Positions 29,900-42,629 of a stretch of 64,000 nucleotides of DNA are shown here, in pieces. The notes under the pieces were generated by a model. It ran no database searches, was not told the DNA's origin, and saw nothing but the letters and a program-made list of their open reading frames with translations. The stretch comes from an uncultured Verrucomicrobiae bacterium (GTDB taxonomy: Bacteria > Verrucomicrobiota > Verrucomicrobiia > Chthoniobacterales > Chthoniobacteraceae), in NCBI GenBank assembly GCA_963769025.1, contig CAVYKI010000006.1:256001-320000 (forward strand), in the 5' to 3' direction. The stretch's first letter is position 1. Every line of letters starts with the position of its first letter. The position numbers and the translations under genes were made by a program.

Positions 29900-30318
29900 A
29901 GCGCGCGCTCGGCATCGACCTCGGCGAGGCACGCATCGGCGTCGCCGTCTCGGATGAACTCGGGATGCTCGCGCATCCGGTGGAGACAATCGTCGTGAAG
30001 GACACCGCGGATCCGCTCGGCCGCGTGGTCCAGATCGCGAAGGAAAAGGACGTGAGCCACATCATCATCGGCCTGCCGAAAAACATGGACGGCACCACCG
30101 GCACGGGCGCGGAAAAGTCGCGCGCATTTGCCGACAAACTGCGCGAACAGGTGGGCTGCACCGTGCGGCTGTGGGACGAACGCCTCACGACCGTCGCCGC
30201 GCAGCGCTACCTGCACGACGCAGGCCGCAACGTGAAGCAGAGCCGTGCCGTGATCGACCAGGTCGCCGCGCAGATCATCCTCCAGGGCTGGCTGGATTCG
30301 CAGGCGATGCTGGGATGA
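29896..30318 (+). CDS. ruvX: Holliday junction resolvase-like protein YqgF
   Basis: LGIDLGEARIGVAVSD, GLPKNMDG, WDERLTT, IDQVAAQIILQ. Confidence 0.95.
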   Translation: MKRALGIDLGEARIGVAVSDELGMLAHPVETIVVKDTADPLGRVVQIAKEKDVSHIIIGLPKNMDGTTGTGAEKSRAFADKLREQVGCTVRLWDERLTTVAAQRYLHDAGRNVKQSRAVIDQVAAQIILQGWLDSQAMLG

Positions 30319-30328
30319 ACGTCGGGCG

Positions 30329-31090
30329 TTGATGACCACGCAGCGCATCAAGCTCACCGTCGCATACGACGGCCGCGGATTCGACGGCTGGCAGAGCCAG
30401 GTCACCGCGAATGGCGTGCAGGATCACATCGAGGCTGCGTTCTTCGCGGTCGGCGGCATCCGCCTGCGCATCCACGGCTCCGGGCGCACGGATGCAGGCG
30501 TCCATGCCACTGCCCAGGTCGCGCACGCCGACGTGCCCCGCGGCGGACTCACGCCGGCGACATGGCAGTCGGCGCTGAATGCCAACCTCCCGGCTGGCAT
30601 CCGCATCGTCCGCGCATCGTGTGTCCGCGGCGGGGAGGGGGGCTTTCACGCGCGCTTTTCGGCAAAGGCGAAGCGCTACATTTACCGAGTGTGGAATGCG
30701 CCCTACATGCACCCGCTCGAAATCGGCCGCGCGTGGTACGTCCCACGCCAACTCGACCTCGCGCTGCTTCGCGAAGCCGCTGCGCTGCTCGTGGGACGCC
30801 ACGATTTTGCGCGGTTCACCGCAAAACGGCGCGGCCAGCAACAAACCCAAACCGTGCGGACCATCCACCGCATCGGCGTGCAGACACGCGGCCCGCTCAT
30901 AACGCTGATTTTTGAGGGCGACGGTTTCCTCTACAAAATGGTCCGCCTGCTCACGGGCACGATCATCCGTGTCGCCGAGCGGCGTGCGCCCGTTTCATTC
31001 ATTGCCGATCTGCTGTCGCCGGCCGTGCATGCGCGGACGCACTTCATGGGCGTGGCCGAGGGGCTGTATCTCTCGCGGGTCTTCTACTGA
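30329..31090 (+). CDS. truA: tRNA pseudouridine(38-40) synthase
   Basis: AYDGRGFDGWQ, GRTDAGVHA, FHARF, GFLYKMVR. Confidence 0.95.
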   Translation: MMTTQRIKLTVAYDGRGFDGWQSQVTANGVQDHIEAAFFAVGGIRLRIHGSGRTDAGVHATAQVAHADVPRGGLTPATWQSALNANLPAGIRIVRASCVRGGEGGFHARFSAKAKRYIYRVWNAPYMHPLEIGRAWYVPRQLDLALLREAAALLVGRHDFARFTAKRRGQQQTQTVRTIHRIGVQTRGPLITLIFEGDGFLYKMVRLLTGTIIRVAERRAPVSFIADLLSPAVHARTHFMGVAEGLYLSRVFY

Positions 31091-31099
31091 CGCCGCGCG

Positions 31100-31699
31100 T
31101 CAGAGCCCGGGGATTTTCACCGCGCCCGGCGCTTCCGTCGGCGTCACGGGCGCCGACTGGGCGGCACCCTTCGGCTTCACGACGATCGCGTACGGCTCGT
31201 ACACAAACTGCACGCCCGCCAGTTCGCCCACGTAGCGCAGCACCTCGGCGAAGGGCACCTTTTGCAGCGCGATGGTCACCTTGGCGTTCTGCGTCGCCTC
31301 GTCGAGTTTCAGCACGAAATTGATCGCCACCTTTCCCTCGCCGATTTGCATCCCTTTCTGCCGGAGAAAATCGAGCGCCTCCGTCAGCGACGCCTCGCGG
31401 AGTTCCACCTTCTCGAGGATCAGCTTTTTCAGCGCCTCTTCCGTGACGTTACGCGGAGCCTTGCCGGCGCTTTGCGCCATCTCATCCGCGATGATCCTGC
31501 GCAGGTACGACACCGCCGTCTTGTTGTTCGGGTCGAGCCTCCGGACGAGTTCGAATTTCTCCTTCGCCGTGGCCAGGTCGTTGCGGATGTAAGCGCGCTG
31601 CGCCTCGGTCATCAGGTCGCTGATGTCGTTGGCGAGGCTGGTGGAAACGAGGGACGCAAGCGCGAGCATCCACACGCGGGATTTCATGAGGGGGATCAT
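31100..31699 (-). CDS. secreted hypothetical protein (TPR-like plus STN-like domain)
   Basis: Signal peptide, helical repeat, ELREASLTEALDFL motif resembling secretin N-terminal domains. Confidence 0.65.
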   Translation of the reverse strand: MIPLMKSRVWMLALASLVSTSLANDISDLMTEAQRAYIRNDLATAKEKFELVRRLDPNNKTAVSYLRRIIADEMAQSAGKAPRNVTEEALKKLILEKVELREASLTEALDFLRQKGMQIGEGKVAINFVLKLDEATQNAKVTIALQKVPFAEVLRYVGELAGVQFVYEPYAIVVKPKGAAQSAPVTPTEAPGAVKIPGL

Positions 31700-31756
31700 G
31701 GTGAAAATGATGCCCGGAACCGCCTGCTCCGCAATGAAACTGTTCGTTATCTGGCG

Positions 31757-33784
<2,028 letters not shown>

Positions 33785-33872
33785 TTATTAAATTACCTTG
33801 GACGGCCAATGTAGGTGCATCCCGAAGCGGTCAACCGGGATGTCTCCTCGGGCGACGGATCTGCCTGTCCGA

Positions 33873-34833
33873 TCAGTAAATTTTGATGAACGCCTTTTTC
33901 CGGAGGCGCTGCAGCCACTCCTGCTGATCCTTCTGGCGCTCGACTTGGAGCAGCCGTTTCTCGATTTCCTCCCGGAGTTCCTTGAGGGGCTTGGAGACGC
34001 CGCCCTTCTTTTCCTCGATGAGCATGAGGTAATAGGTCTGGTTCAGCTCGACGATGTCGCTGACCTTCCCGACCGGGAGGCGGAAGACGACCTGCTCCAT
34101 GTCGGGATTCAGGTCGCCGCGCTTGATCCAGCCCCAGTCGCCGCCTTTGTCCTGCGTGGAGTCCATCGAATATACCTTCGCGAGGTCGCCAAAATCCGCG
34201 CCGCGGACGATTTTTTCGCGGATTTCCTGAAGCATCTTCCGGCTTTTGGCAGGGTCGGCACCGGGGGAGATTTTGATCATCCGCAGCTTCACCTGATCGC
34301 CCACGGTCCACTCCTGGAGGTGCTCGCGGTAGTAGCTCTCCACCCGGCCCGGCGGAATAATCGGCTCCTCCTTCACTTCCCGCGAGCGCATCGCCTGCAC
34401 GATGATCTTTTCCTCCTCCATCTTGCGGATGCGTTCCATCGTAAAGCCTTGCGCCGCGATGGTCCGCATGAAGGCGGATTTGTCGCCGCCGAACTCCTCG
34501 CGGATGATGGCGTTCACGCGGTCATCGATGGCGTGGGGCGGGATCTGGCCCTTCATTTTTTTGAACTCGTGAAGGATGAGCTGCCGGTCGATGAGATCAT
34601 TCACCGCGCGCAGCCGGACTTCCTTGATGCGCGCGGCCAGGGCGTTCGCCGGAGAAATTCGCGCGCAGCGAATTCTCCAGTGCCCCGGTGAGTTCACGCA
34701 CTTGCGAAAAGGTGACCACATCGTCGTTGACCATGGCTGCGACTCCGTCGAGCACCTGGGTGTCGGCCGCCGAGGCGGTGTGTGCGCAGAATGCGAGGCC
34801 GACGGCGAAAAGGAACGGGCGTAGATGGATCAC
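33873..34833 (-). CDS. SurA/PrsA-like parvulin peptidyl-prolyl isomerase (frameshift near 34645)
   Basis: Signal peptide and DGVAAMVNDDVVT in the 34597-34833 frame; FGDLAKVYS..GGDWGW rotamase motif in the 33873 frame. Confidence 0.85.
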
Positions 34834-34972
34834 GGTTTTGATGTTTCGGAATTCCGGAGCAAGCTAGGAACCGGTCCCCGCAAGTCAAGCGTGTCGGAGC
34901 GTGTCCGGCACCCCGCCGGGGCAAAAGTTTCATTGCGGCACCCGTTTTGCCGATTAGGTTCGCCGCCCAGAA

Positions 34973-35497
34973 ATGCTCAACGAGGACAGTATCCAATACG
35001 CCATCGAAAATACCCGCGTGACGGTGGCGCCGCAGAGCCGGATCGAGACGTTTGGGACGACGGTGTTCCGTTTTTTCCTCGTCACCGAGCTGATGGACAC
35101 CGCCGGGCAGGTGCGCGTGCGCGACGGGCGGCTCCATGCGGAGCGCCCGGCGATCATCACCCCGGAGCATTTTCACCGGATGCTCGACGAAGGCTTCGGC
35201 GACAAGGCGGCGAAATTCGTGGACTGGCTCCGCGACAATGCTGCCGAGATGGCGGTGCTGCGCTACGGGTTTCAGTTCCGGAAGACCGACATGCAGGAAT
35301 CGGTCGTGCATGATTCCGTCGATGCCGTGCTCGCGCGGCTGCGGGAAAATGTGGATCGCGCGGAGGACCCGCTGGTCACGGTGATCCACGGCGTGGATGA
35401 GGGCTGGGAGGTGTGCCTGCTGAAATTTGCCACCGACATGATCCAGCGTTCCGCCGCGGGGAACGTGGACGAATGGCGGCGGCGCGGGCTTCTCTGA
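34973..35497 (+). CDS. hypothetical protein
   Basis: 174-aa ORF with a natural composition; fills the gap between flanking genes. Confidence 0.75.
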   Translation: MLNEDSIQYAIENTRVTVAPQSRIETFGTTVFRFFLVTELMDTAGQVRVRDGRLHAERPAIITPEHFHRMLDEGFGDKAAKFVDWLRDNAAEMAVLRYGFQFRKTDMQESVVHDSVDAVLARLRENVDRAEDPLVTVIHGVDEGWEVCLLKFATDMIQRSAAGNVDEWRRRGLL

Positions 35498-35564
35498 GCG
35501 GCGGCCGGTTCAGTTCCGCAATGACCGTGACGTCCCGATGGATGGTCGATAACTTTTCCCGCGC

Positions 35565-36405
35565 ATGCTCCTCCGGATATTCGTCATCCTAGTCCTCGCT
35601 GGCGTCATTTTCGGCGCCTGCTGGTTTGCGGTGAACGAGCTGTACATCAAGCCCGAGAAGCGGCTCCATGTCGACCGTGCGCTGCCTCCGCCGACGCCCC
35701 CGCCGGATCCGAGCCTCGCGGATTTTGCAAAGTGCGAGGTGATTCACCGCGCCGGGGACATGGCCGCGAGCCGCAAGGTGGTGGAGCAGTTTCTCCGCGA
35801 ATACCCGGCATCCGTGAAACGCGACGCCGTGTATGACATGCTCGGCGAAATCAACGCGGCCGAGTTCTTCGCCGCGCGCCCGACCGATGACAACACCTAC
35901 ATCGTCCGGCCCGGGGATTCCTTTTCGCGGGTCGCGAACCGGACGAAAGTGCCCGTCGAACTGCTCGTCCACCTGAACAAGATCGACGATCGCTTTCTGC
36001 ACCCCAACCAGCGACTCATCGCGCCGCCGGTCGCGTTCCGGCTCGTCATCCAGCAAAAAAACCACCGGCTCGTGCTCTACAATGGCGACAAGTTTTTCCG
36101 CCAATATCCCGCGGCGACATGGCCGGGCAACGGCAAGCCGGTGATCCATCCCAGGCAGACGGGTCGCGTCGTGGAAAAGCGCGCCTTCGACAGCACGGGC
36201 AGCGTGACCCCCGCGCAGGCCCGCTACTTTCAAGGCCTACCACATCCTGCTCATCAACATCCCCGGCCATTCGCTCCACACGCAGCCGACCGACCCGAAG
36301 GCCGTCGTCGAACGTCCGCCCGGCGGCGGCATCGGGCTCGCGCCGGACCACATGAATGAAATCGCGATCTTGCTTCCGGCCGGCGCTCCCGTGATCATGG
36401 AGTGA
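35565..36405 (+). CDS. membrane-anchored LysM protein with an L,D-transpeptidase-like C-terminal domain (frameshift near 36237)
   Basis: N-terminal TM helix, YIVRPGDSFSRVA (LysM), RLVIQQKNHRLVLYNGDKFFRQYP. The shifted frame continues GHSLH...GGGIGL...LLPAGAPVIME to TGA 36405. Confidence 0.75.
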
Positions 36406-36407
36406 GC

Positions 36408-37367
36408 ATGAAATCACAGCCGCTCGACTTCGAGAAGCCCATCGTCGAACTGGAACAGAAACTCGACGAACTCCGCGGGCACAGCCGGGAAAACAACGTG
36501 AACCTCGACCCCGAGGTGCGCCGCATGGAGTCGAAGATCGAGGAGATGAAAAAGAACGTCTATCTCAACCTCACCGCATGGCAGCGCGTGCAGATCGCCC
36601 GTCACACCGCGCGGCCCTATACGCTCGATTACCTCCAGCTTTCCTTCTCCGATTTTGTCGAGCTTCACGGTGACCGCCGCTTCGCCGACGACCCCTCGAT
36701 GCCCTGCGGCCTTGCCACGATCGGCAACCACCGCTGCGCCGTCGCCGGCCAGCAAAAGGGCCGCGACACGAAGGAAAACATCCACCGCAACTTCGGCTGC
36801 GCCAATCCCGAGGGCTACCGGAAGGCGCTTCGCCTCATGCGCATGGCGGAAAAATTCGGCCTGCCATTCGTCTCGCTCATCGACACGCCCGGCGCCTACC
36901 CCGGCATCGGCGCGGAGGAGCGCCACATCGCCGAAAGCATCGCCGTGAACATCCGCGACATGATGACCTTGCGCACGCCGACCGTCGCCGTCGTCATCGG
37001 CGAAGGCGGCAGCGGCGGCGCACTCGGCATCGGCGTGAGCGACCGCGTCCTCATGCTGGAAAATGCGTATTACTCCGTCATCAGCCCCGAGGGTTGCGCG
37101 GCGATCCTGTGGAAGCACCGCAAGCACGCGCCCGAGGCTGCCGAGGCGCTGAAGCTCACCGCGACGGACCTGAAGGAACTCAAGCTCGTGGACGACGTGG
37201 TTCCCGAGCCGCTCGGCGGCGCGCATCAGGATCAGGAAGCCGCCATCGCCAATCTCCGCAGCGCCGTCACCCGTCACCTCGACGAGCTGACGAAAATCCC
37301 GATGGATCAGCTCCTCGAGCAGCGGTACGACAAATTCCGCCGGATGGGATTCTTCGCCGGCGAGTAA
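36408..37367 (+). CDS. accA: acetyl-CoA carboxylase carboxyltransferase alpha subunit
   Basis: LDFEKPI, ELHGDR, IDTPGAYPG, GEGGSGGAL, VISPEGCA. Confidence 0.97.
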   Translation: MKSQPLDFEKPIVELEQKLDELRGHSRENNVNLDPEVRRMESKIEEMKKNVYLNLTAWQRVQIARHTARPYTLDYLQLSFSDFVELHGDRRFADDPSMPCGLATIGNHRCAVAGQQKGRDTKENIHRNFGCANPEGYRKALRLMRMAEKFGLPFVSLIDTPGAYPGIGAEERHIAESIAVNIRDMMTLRTPTVAVVIGEGGSGGALGIGVSDRVLMLENAYYSVISPEGCAAILWKHRKHAPEAAEALKLTATDLKELKLVDDVVPEPLGGAHQDQEAAIANLRSAVTRHLDELTKIPMDQLLEQRYDKFRRMGFFAGE

Positions 37368-37403
37368 TCCGCAGCCGCCGACCGAAGGAGCCGGGCAAAC
37401 TTT

Positions 37404-38186
37404 CTACCGCGCTGCTTCGCCCTTCACCGAACGCACAAACTCTCCCGCCGCCCGCCGGATCTCCGCGGCGACATCCGCGCGCTGCGTGGCGAACTTCGGC
37501 TTGAACCACGGGAAGAGCCCGATGACGTCGTGCAGAACGAGCACCTGGCCGTCGCAATCCGTGCCGGAACCGATGCCGATCGTGGGAATGCGGACACGCT
37601 CGGAAATTTCCTTCGCGACTGCCGGGACGACGAGTTCCAGCAGCAGGCCGAAGGCACCCGCCTTTTCCACCGCCACGGCATCCGCGAGGAGCGCCGAAGC
37701 CTGCTCCGCAGTCTTGCCCTTGATGCGATAGCCGCCCTCGACGCGCACCTGCTGCGGCTGCATGCCGATGTGCGCCATGACCGGGATGCCCGCCGCGACG
37801 AGCGCGGAAATGTGCGCGATGTGCGAAGCGCCGCCCTCAAGTTTCACCGCGTGCGCGCCGGCTTCGATGAGACGCCGGCTGTTTTCGACCGTGAGTTCTG
37901 GCGTCGCCGTGCTGCCAAAGGGGAGGTCGGCGAGGATGAGCGGATGCGAACCTCCATCCCGTGATCCGCGCGCGACGGCGCGGGTGTGGTGGAGCATTTC
38001 GTCCATCGTCACGAGCGTCGTATCCGGGTAGCCGAGCACGACCATTCCGAGCGAATCGCCGACGAGGATGACATCCACGCCCGCCTCGCCGAGGAGGCGC
38101 GCCATCGGGTAATCGTACGCGGTGAGCACGGCGATGCGCTCGCCGCGATCACATGCGGCCTGAAATGCGAGGATGCGTTCGTTCAT
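37404..38186 (-). CDS. panB: 3-methyl-2-oxobutanoate hydroxymethyltransferase
   Basis: LTAYDY, LVGDSLGM, AVKLEGG, TIGIGSG..CDGQVLV. Confidence 0.95.
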   Translation of the reverse strand: MNERILAFQAACDRGERIAVLTAYDYPMARLLGEAGVDVILVGDSLGMVVLGYPDTTLVTMDEMLHHTRAVARGSRDGGSHPLILADLPFGSTATPELTVENSRRLIEAGAHAVKLEGGASHIAHISALVAAGIPVMAHIGMQPQQVRVEGGYRIKGKTAEQASALLADAVAVEKAGAFGLLLELVVPAVAKEISERVRIPTIGIGSGTDCDGQVLVLHDVIGLFPWFKPKFATQRADVAAEIRRAAGEFVRSVKGEAAR

Positions 38187-38241
38187 GGGCGCTGAGGCGG
38201 AGAAAACGCGAAGCGCGCGCGACGCCAAGAGAAATCGCGCA

Positions 38242-38743
38242 TCACCACGTGTCGGCGAAGACGGTGACGGCTGAGGGATCATCGAGCCTCGCGAGCAGTT
38301 CGGCGACGGTGTGCGACTGGCCCGGCAAGGCGGAGGTCGGGACGGATGTCGTTCAGCGGAGCGAGCACGAAACGGCGCAGATGCAGCCGGGGGTGGGGGA
38401 GGATGAGCGTGTCGTCGGTCATCACGAGGTCGCCGGCGTAGAGGATGTCGAGGTCGAGCGTGCGCGGCGCGTTGCGCGGGTAGCGCGTCGGACGGCCAAG
38501 CGCCGATTCGATGGAGCGCAGCGCGGCGAGCAGCGTGAGCGGGTCGCCGGCGAAGTCGACTTCCATCACGGCATTCAGAAAAGGTCCCGCATCCGGCCCG
38601 GTGCCGACGGGTTCCGTTTCATACACGCGCGAATGCAGCACCGGTGCGGTGACTCCCGGCAGACGCAGCACGGCCGCGCGGCCCGCGGTGAGATTTGCGA
38701 GGCGGTCGCCGAGATTGGAGCCGAGTGCGATGCCGGTGCGCAT
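38242..38743 (-). CDS. folK: 2-amino-4-hydroxy-6-hydroxymethyldihydropteridine diphosphokinase (frameshift near 38327)
   Basis: IALGSNLGDR, FLNAV, PRTLDLDIL, LPHPRL..RRFVL. Confidence 0.93.
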
Positions 38744-38761
38744 GGCTCGGGAAGAGTCGGG

Positions 38762-39499
38762 CTATTTCAGCCCGAGCACGTCCTGCATCGTGTAGAGGCC
38801 AGGCGGCTTTCCGTGCGCCCAGAGTGCGGCACGCAGCGCGCCGCGCGCGAAGATTTCACGGCCCGATGCCTTGTGCGTCAGTTCCACGCGCTCGCCGAGG
38901 GACGCAAAAAGGACGGTGTGATCGCCGACGACATCGCCGCCGCGGATGGCGTGCATGCCGATCTCCGTCTTCGTCCGCGCGCCGACGTCGCCGTGGCGTC
39001 CGTGGAGCACGTCCTTGTTGTATTCGAGGCCGCGGACGGCGGTGAGGATCTCCGCGAGGTTCTTCGCCGTGCCGCTGGGCGCGTCCTTTTTCAGCCGGTG
39101 ATGCGTTTCGAGAATCTCGATGTCGAAGTCCGGGCCGAGGATTTCCGCCGCCTTGCGCGCGAGCCAGTAGAGCGCATTCACGCCGGTGGAGTAGTTGCCG
39201 GAAAAGACGATCGGGATCGACTTTGCCGCCGCGTGGATCGCCGCGACCTCCGCGTCGGTGTGGCCGGTGGTGCCGATGACGAGCGTCTTCTTTCCCGCGA
39301 CGCAGCCCGCGACCACGGCGTCGCAAGTCGAGTGGTGGGAGAAATCGATCACTGCGTCGCACTTTCCGGTGGCTGCGGAGAAGTCGTCGCCGACATCCAC
39401 CGTCGCGCCGATGGTGAATTCCGCGATCTCTTTCGCGCACGCGATGAGCATCTGCCCCATGCGGCCGTGCGAACCGTTGATGAGAAGGCGCACGCTCAT
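38762..39499 (-). CDS. dapB: 4-hydroxy-tetrahydrodipicolinate reductase
   Basis: GSHGRMG, IGTTG, ETHHRLKKDAPSGTA, RGGDVVGDH. Confidence 0.96.
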   Translation of the reverse strand: MSVRLLINGSHGRMGQMLIACAKEIAEFTIGATVDVGDDFSAATGKCDAVIDFSHHSTCDAVVAGCVAGKKTLVIGTTGHTDAEVAAIHAAAKSIPIVFSGNYSTGVNALYWLARKAAEILGPDFDIEILETHHRLKKDAPSGTAKNLAEILTAVRGLEYNKDVLHGRHGDVGARTKTEIGMHAIRGGDVVGDHTVLFASLGERVELTHKASGREIFARGALRAALWAHGKPPGLYTMQDVLGLK

Positions 39500-40378
39500 C
39501 TACTTGAGAAGGTCGGTGGCCGTCAGCGTCGTGCGCAGCTTTTTCAGGCTGGACTCGGCGAGTTCGCAGAGCGGGAGGCGGACTTCGGCGGTCATGCGTC
39601 CCTGCCACGCGAGCGCCTGCTTGATGGGCGCCGGGTTGCTCTCGATGAAGATGTCCTTGAAGAGCCCGTACCAGTGGCGGTGGATGCGGCGGGCTTCGTC
39701 GAAATGCCCCGCGAGCGCGGCGGCGACGAGCGCGCCGACTTCCTTCGGAATGATGTTCGACGCGACGCTGATGACGCCGACCGCGCCGACGCTCATGAAC
39801 GGCAGCGTGAGCGAGTCGTCGCCCGAGAGGATGTCGAACTTCGCAGGCAGCGCAGCGCGCAGGGCGCTCACGCGCTCGACGCTGCCGCCGGCTTCCTTGA
39901 TGGCGACGACGTTCGGGCAGTCGTTTGCGAGGCGCACGCACGTGTCCACGCCGATCTCGACGCCGCAGCGGCCGGGGATGCTGTAGAGAATGAGCGGGAG
40001 CTTTGTCTTTTCCGCGATGGCGCGGAAATGCCGGTAGAGGCCCTCCTGCGTGGGGCGGTTGTAATACGGCGCAACGAGCAGCGCGGCATCGGCTCCGAGC
40101 TTCTCGCTTTCCACGGTCATCTCGATGGCCTCGCGCGTGGAATTCGATCCGGTCCCGGCAATGACCTTGCAGCGCCCCTTCGCATGCTGCACCCCGATCT
40201 CGATGACGCGGAGATGCTCGGCGTGGTCGAGCGTCGGCGATTCGCCGGTCGTGCCCACGGGAACGATGCCCGTGATGCCTGCGGCGATTTGCGCCTCGAT
40301 GAGGCTGGAGAACGCGGCTTCGTCCACGCGGTCATTGCGGAACGGCGTGACGAGGGCGGTGTGTGTCCCTTGGAACAT
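39500..40378 (-). CDS. dapA: 4-hydroxy-tetrahydrodipicolinate synthase
   Basis: ALVTPF, GTTGES, PYYN, AIKEA, SGDD, ESNPAPIK. Confidence 0.96.
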   Translation of the reverse strand: MFQGTHTALVTPFRNDRVDEAAFSSLIEAQIAAGITGIVPVGTTGESPTLDHAEHLRVIEIGVQHAKGRCKVIAGTGSNSTREAIEMTVESEKLGADAALLVAPYYNRPTQEGLYRHFRAIAEKTKLPLILYSIPGRCGVEIGVDTCVRLANDCPNVVAIKEAGGSVERVSALRAALPAKFDILSGDDSLTLPFMSVGAVGVISVASNIIPKEVGALVAAALAGHFDEARRIHRHWYGLFKDIFIESNPAPIKQALAWQGRMTAEVRLPLCELAESSLKKLRTTLTATDLLK

Positions 40379-40389
40379 AAGGGCGCGGG

Positions 40390-40418
40390 TTTTACGCGCC
40401 GGGGAAGGGGAGGGCAAG
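40390..40418 (-). promoter_or_regulatory. sigma70-like promoter of dapA
   Basis: Minus strand TTGCCC-N17-TAAAAC ending about 11 nt before the ATG. Confidence 0.35.
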
Positions 40419-40487
40419 GGGTTCTTGCTCTGCGCGGGCGGAGAACGTTAAATTGGAGCGGTCAACTCCGTTCAGAACGCGCCTGCC

Positions 40488-41027
40488 ATGCTCAAGAAAA
40501 TCCTGGTCGTCCTTGTGCTGCTCATCGTGGTGCTGCTCATCGTCGTCGCCGTGCAGTCCGCCGATTTCCGCGTCACCCGGTCCGCGACCATCGCAGCTCC
40601 GCCCGCGGCGGTCTTTGAGCGGTTGAATGACTTTCACAAATGGAACGACTGGTCCCCGTGGGCGAAGCTGGATCCGAACGCGAAGAACACCTTCGAGGGG
40701 CCGGCATCCGGCGTCGGGGCGAAATTCGCATGGTCGGGGAACAACGAGGTGGGTGAGGGGAGCATGACGATCACCGAGAGCAAGCCGTCCGAACTCGTGC
40801 GCATGAAGCTCGACTTCGTCAGGCCCTTCGAAGCCACGAGCACCACGGAATTCACCCTCAAACCCGAAGGCGGAGGGACTGCGATCACCTGGAGCATGTC
40901 CGGCCGGAACAATTTCATCGGCAAGGCCGTGGGTCTTTTCATGAACTGCGACAAGATGGTCGGCGGGCAGTTCGAGAAGGGATTTGCCAACTTGAAGGCA
41001 CTCGTCGAGACACCGGGAAAAAACTGA
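40488..41027 (+). CDS. SRPBCC (polyketide cyclase-like) family protein
   Basis: VTRSATIAAP, WNDWSPW, GVGAKFAWSG, FEKGFANLK. Confidence 0.88.
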   Translation: MLKKILVVLVLLIVVLLIVVAVQSADFRVTRSATIAAPPAAVFERLNDFHKWNDWSPWAKLDPNAKNTFEGPASGVGAKFAWSGNNEVGEGSMTITESKPSELVRMKLDFVRPFEATSTTEFTLKPEGGGTAITWSMSGRNNFIGKAVGLFMNCDKMVGGQFEKGFANLKALVETPGKN

Positions 41028-41073
41028 CCGTCCCGCACTGGCGCCGCCCCCGCTTTTGACACCACACCGCCCT

Positions 41074-41456
41074 ATGAAATACGCACCCGCCATCGCAGGC
41101 CTCCTCCTCGGCCTGCTCTTCATCATGTCGTCCGTCGTCTTCTTCTTTAACCTCGTCCAGATGCCCCCGCCGCCCGAGGGGTCGGCTGCGGCGATGTTCT
41201 TCGGCGCGTTCGGCCCGACGGGATACATGAAGTTCGTCAAAGTCCTCGAACTGACCGGCGGCATCCTCGTCGCCATCCCGAAGACGCGGAATTTCGGCCT
41301 GCTCATCCTCGGCCCGATCCTCGTGAACATCCTCGCGTTCCACATTTTCATCATGAAAGGCGCCGGGCTGTTCGAGCCGATGATCATCGGCATCGTCGTG
41401 CTGGCGCTCTACCTTCTGTGGGCCGCGCGCAGGAAATTCGCGGGCCTCGCAACTGA
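41074..41456 (+). CDS. DoxX-like membrane protein (stop apparently shifted by a 1-base indel)
   Basis: Four TM helices, [21 protein letters not shown]; an out-of-frame TGA at 41454 sits just before the next gene. Confidence 0.75.
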
Positions 41457-41467
41457 CCCGTCACCAT

Positions 41468-42629
41468 ATGAGCAGCGTCCGCGTCCTCGTCGGCACCAAG
41501 AAAGGTGCGTTCATTCTCACTTCCGACGGGAAGCGGGAAAAGTGGGAGGTCAGCGGCCCGCACTTCGCGGGCTGGGAGATGTATCACCTCAAGGGCTCGC
41601 CGGTGAACCCGGACCGCATCTATGCGTCGCAGACCAGCAGTTGGTTCGGGCAGGTCATCCAGCGCTCCGACGACGGCGGAAAAACGTGGGCGCCGCCGGA
41701 TGGGAAGCCGCTGCCGGCGTTTGACGCGCCGCCGCCAGGGCGAGAGCAACAAATTCGCCTACGAGGGCGAGGTCGGCACGCACAAGTGGTACGACGGCAC
41801 GCAGCATCCGTGGGAATTCAAGCGCGTCTGGCATCTCGAGCCGTCGCTCACGGACCCGGATACCGTCTTCGCCGGAGCGGAGGATGCCGCACTTTTCAAG
41901 AGCACCGATGCTGGCGCGACGTGGAAGGAACTCCCCGGCTTGCGCGCGGCGAAGGGCATGCTCTGGCAGCCCGGCGCCGGCGGCATGTGCCTCCACACCA
42001 TCCTTCTCGATCCCGTCAATCCGCAGCGCATCTTCGTCGCCATCTCGGCGGCGGGCGCGTTCCGCACCGATGACGGCGGCACGACGTGGAAGCCCATCAA
42101 CCGCGGCCTGAAGTCCGCCTACGAACTTCCCGACCCGGATGCCGATGTCGGCCACTGCGTGCACCGCATCGCCATGCATCCTTCGCGGCCTGAAGTCCTC
42201 TTCATGCAAAAGCATTGGGACGTGATGCGCTCCGACAACGCCGGCGACATGTGGTACGAAGTCAGCGGCAATCTCCCGACCGACTTCGGCTTTCCCATCG
42301 AGGTCCACGCGCACGAGCCGGAGACGATCTACGTCGTGCCGATCAAGAGCGACTCCGAGCATTTCCCGCCGGACGGGAAATTGCGCGTCTATCGCAGCCG
42401 CACGGGCGGCCACGAGTGGGAGGCGCTCACGAAGGGACTGCCGCAGGAGCACTGCTACGTGAACGTCCTGCGCGACGCCATGGCCGTGGATTCGCTCGAC
42501 TCGTGCGGCATCTACTTCGGCACCACCGGCGGTCAGGTCTATTGTTCCGCCGACAGCGGCGACTCGTGGAAGCCGATCGTCCGCGACCTTCCGGCCGTCT
42601 ATTCGGTCGAGGTCCAGACGCTGAAATGA
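41468..42629 (+). CDS. BNR/Asp-box repeat beta-propeller ('exo-alpha-sialidase'-annotated family; frameshift near 41735)
   Basis: [10 protein letters not shown], repeated S.D.G.TW Asp boxes, [23 protein letters not shown]. Confidence 0.88.
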
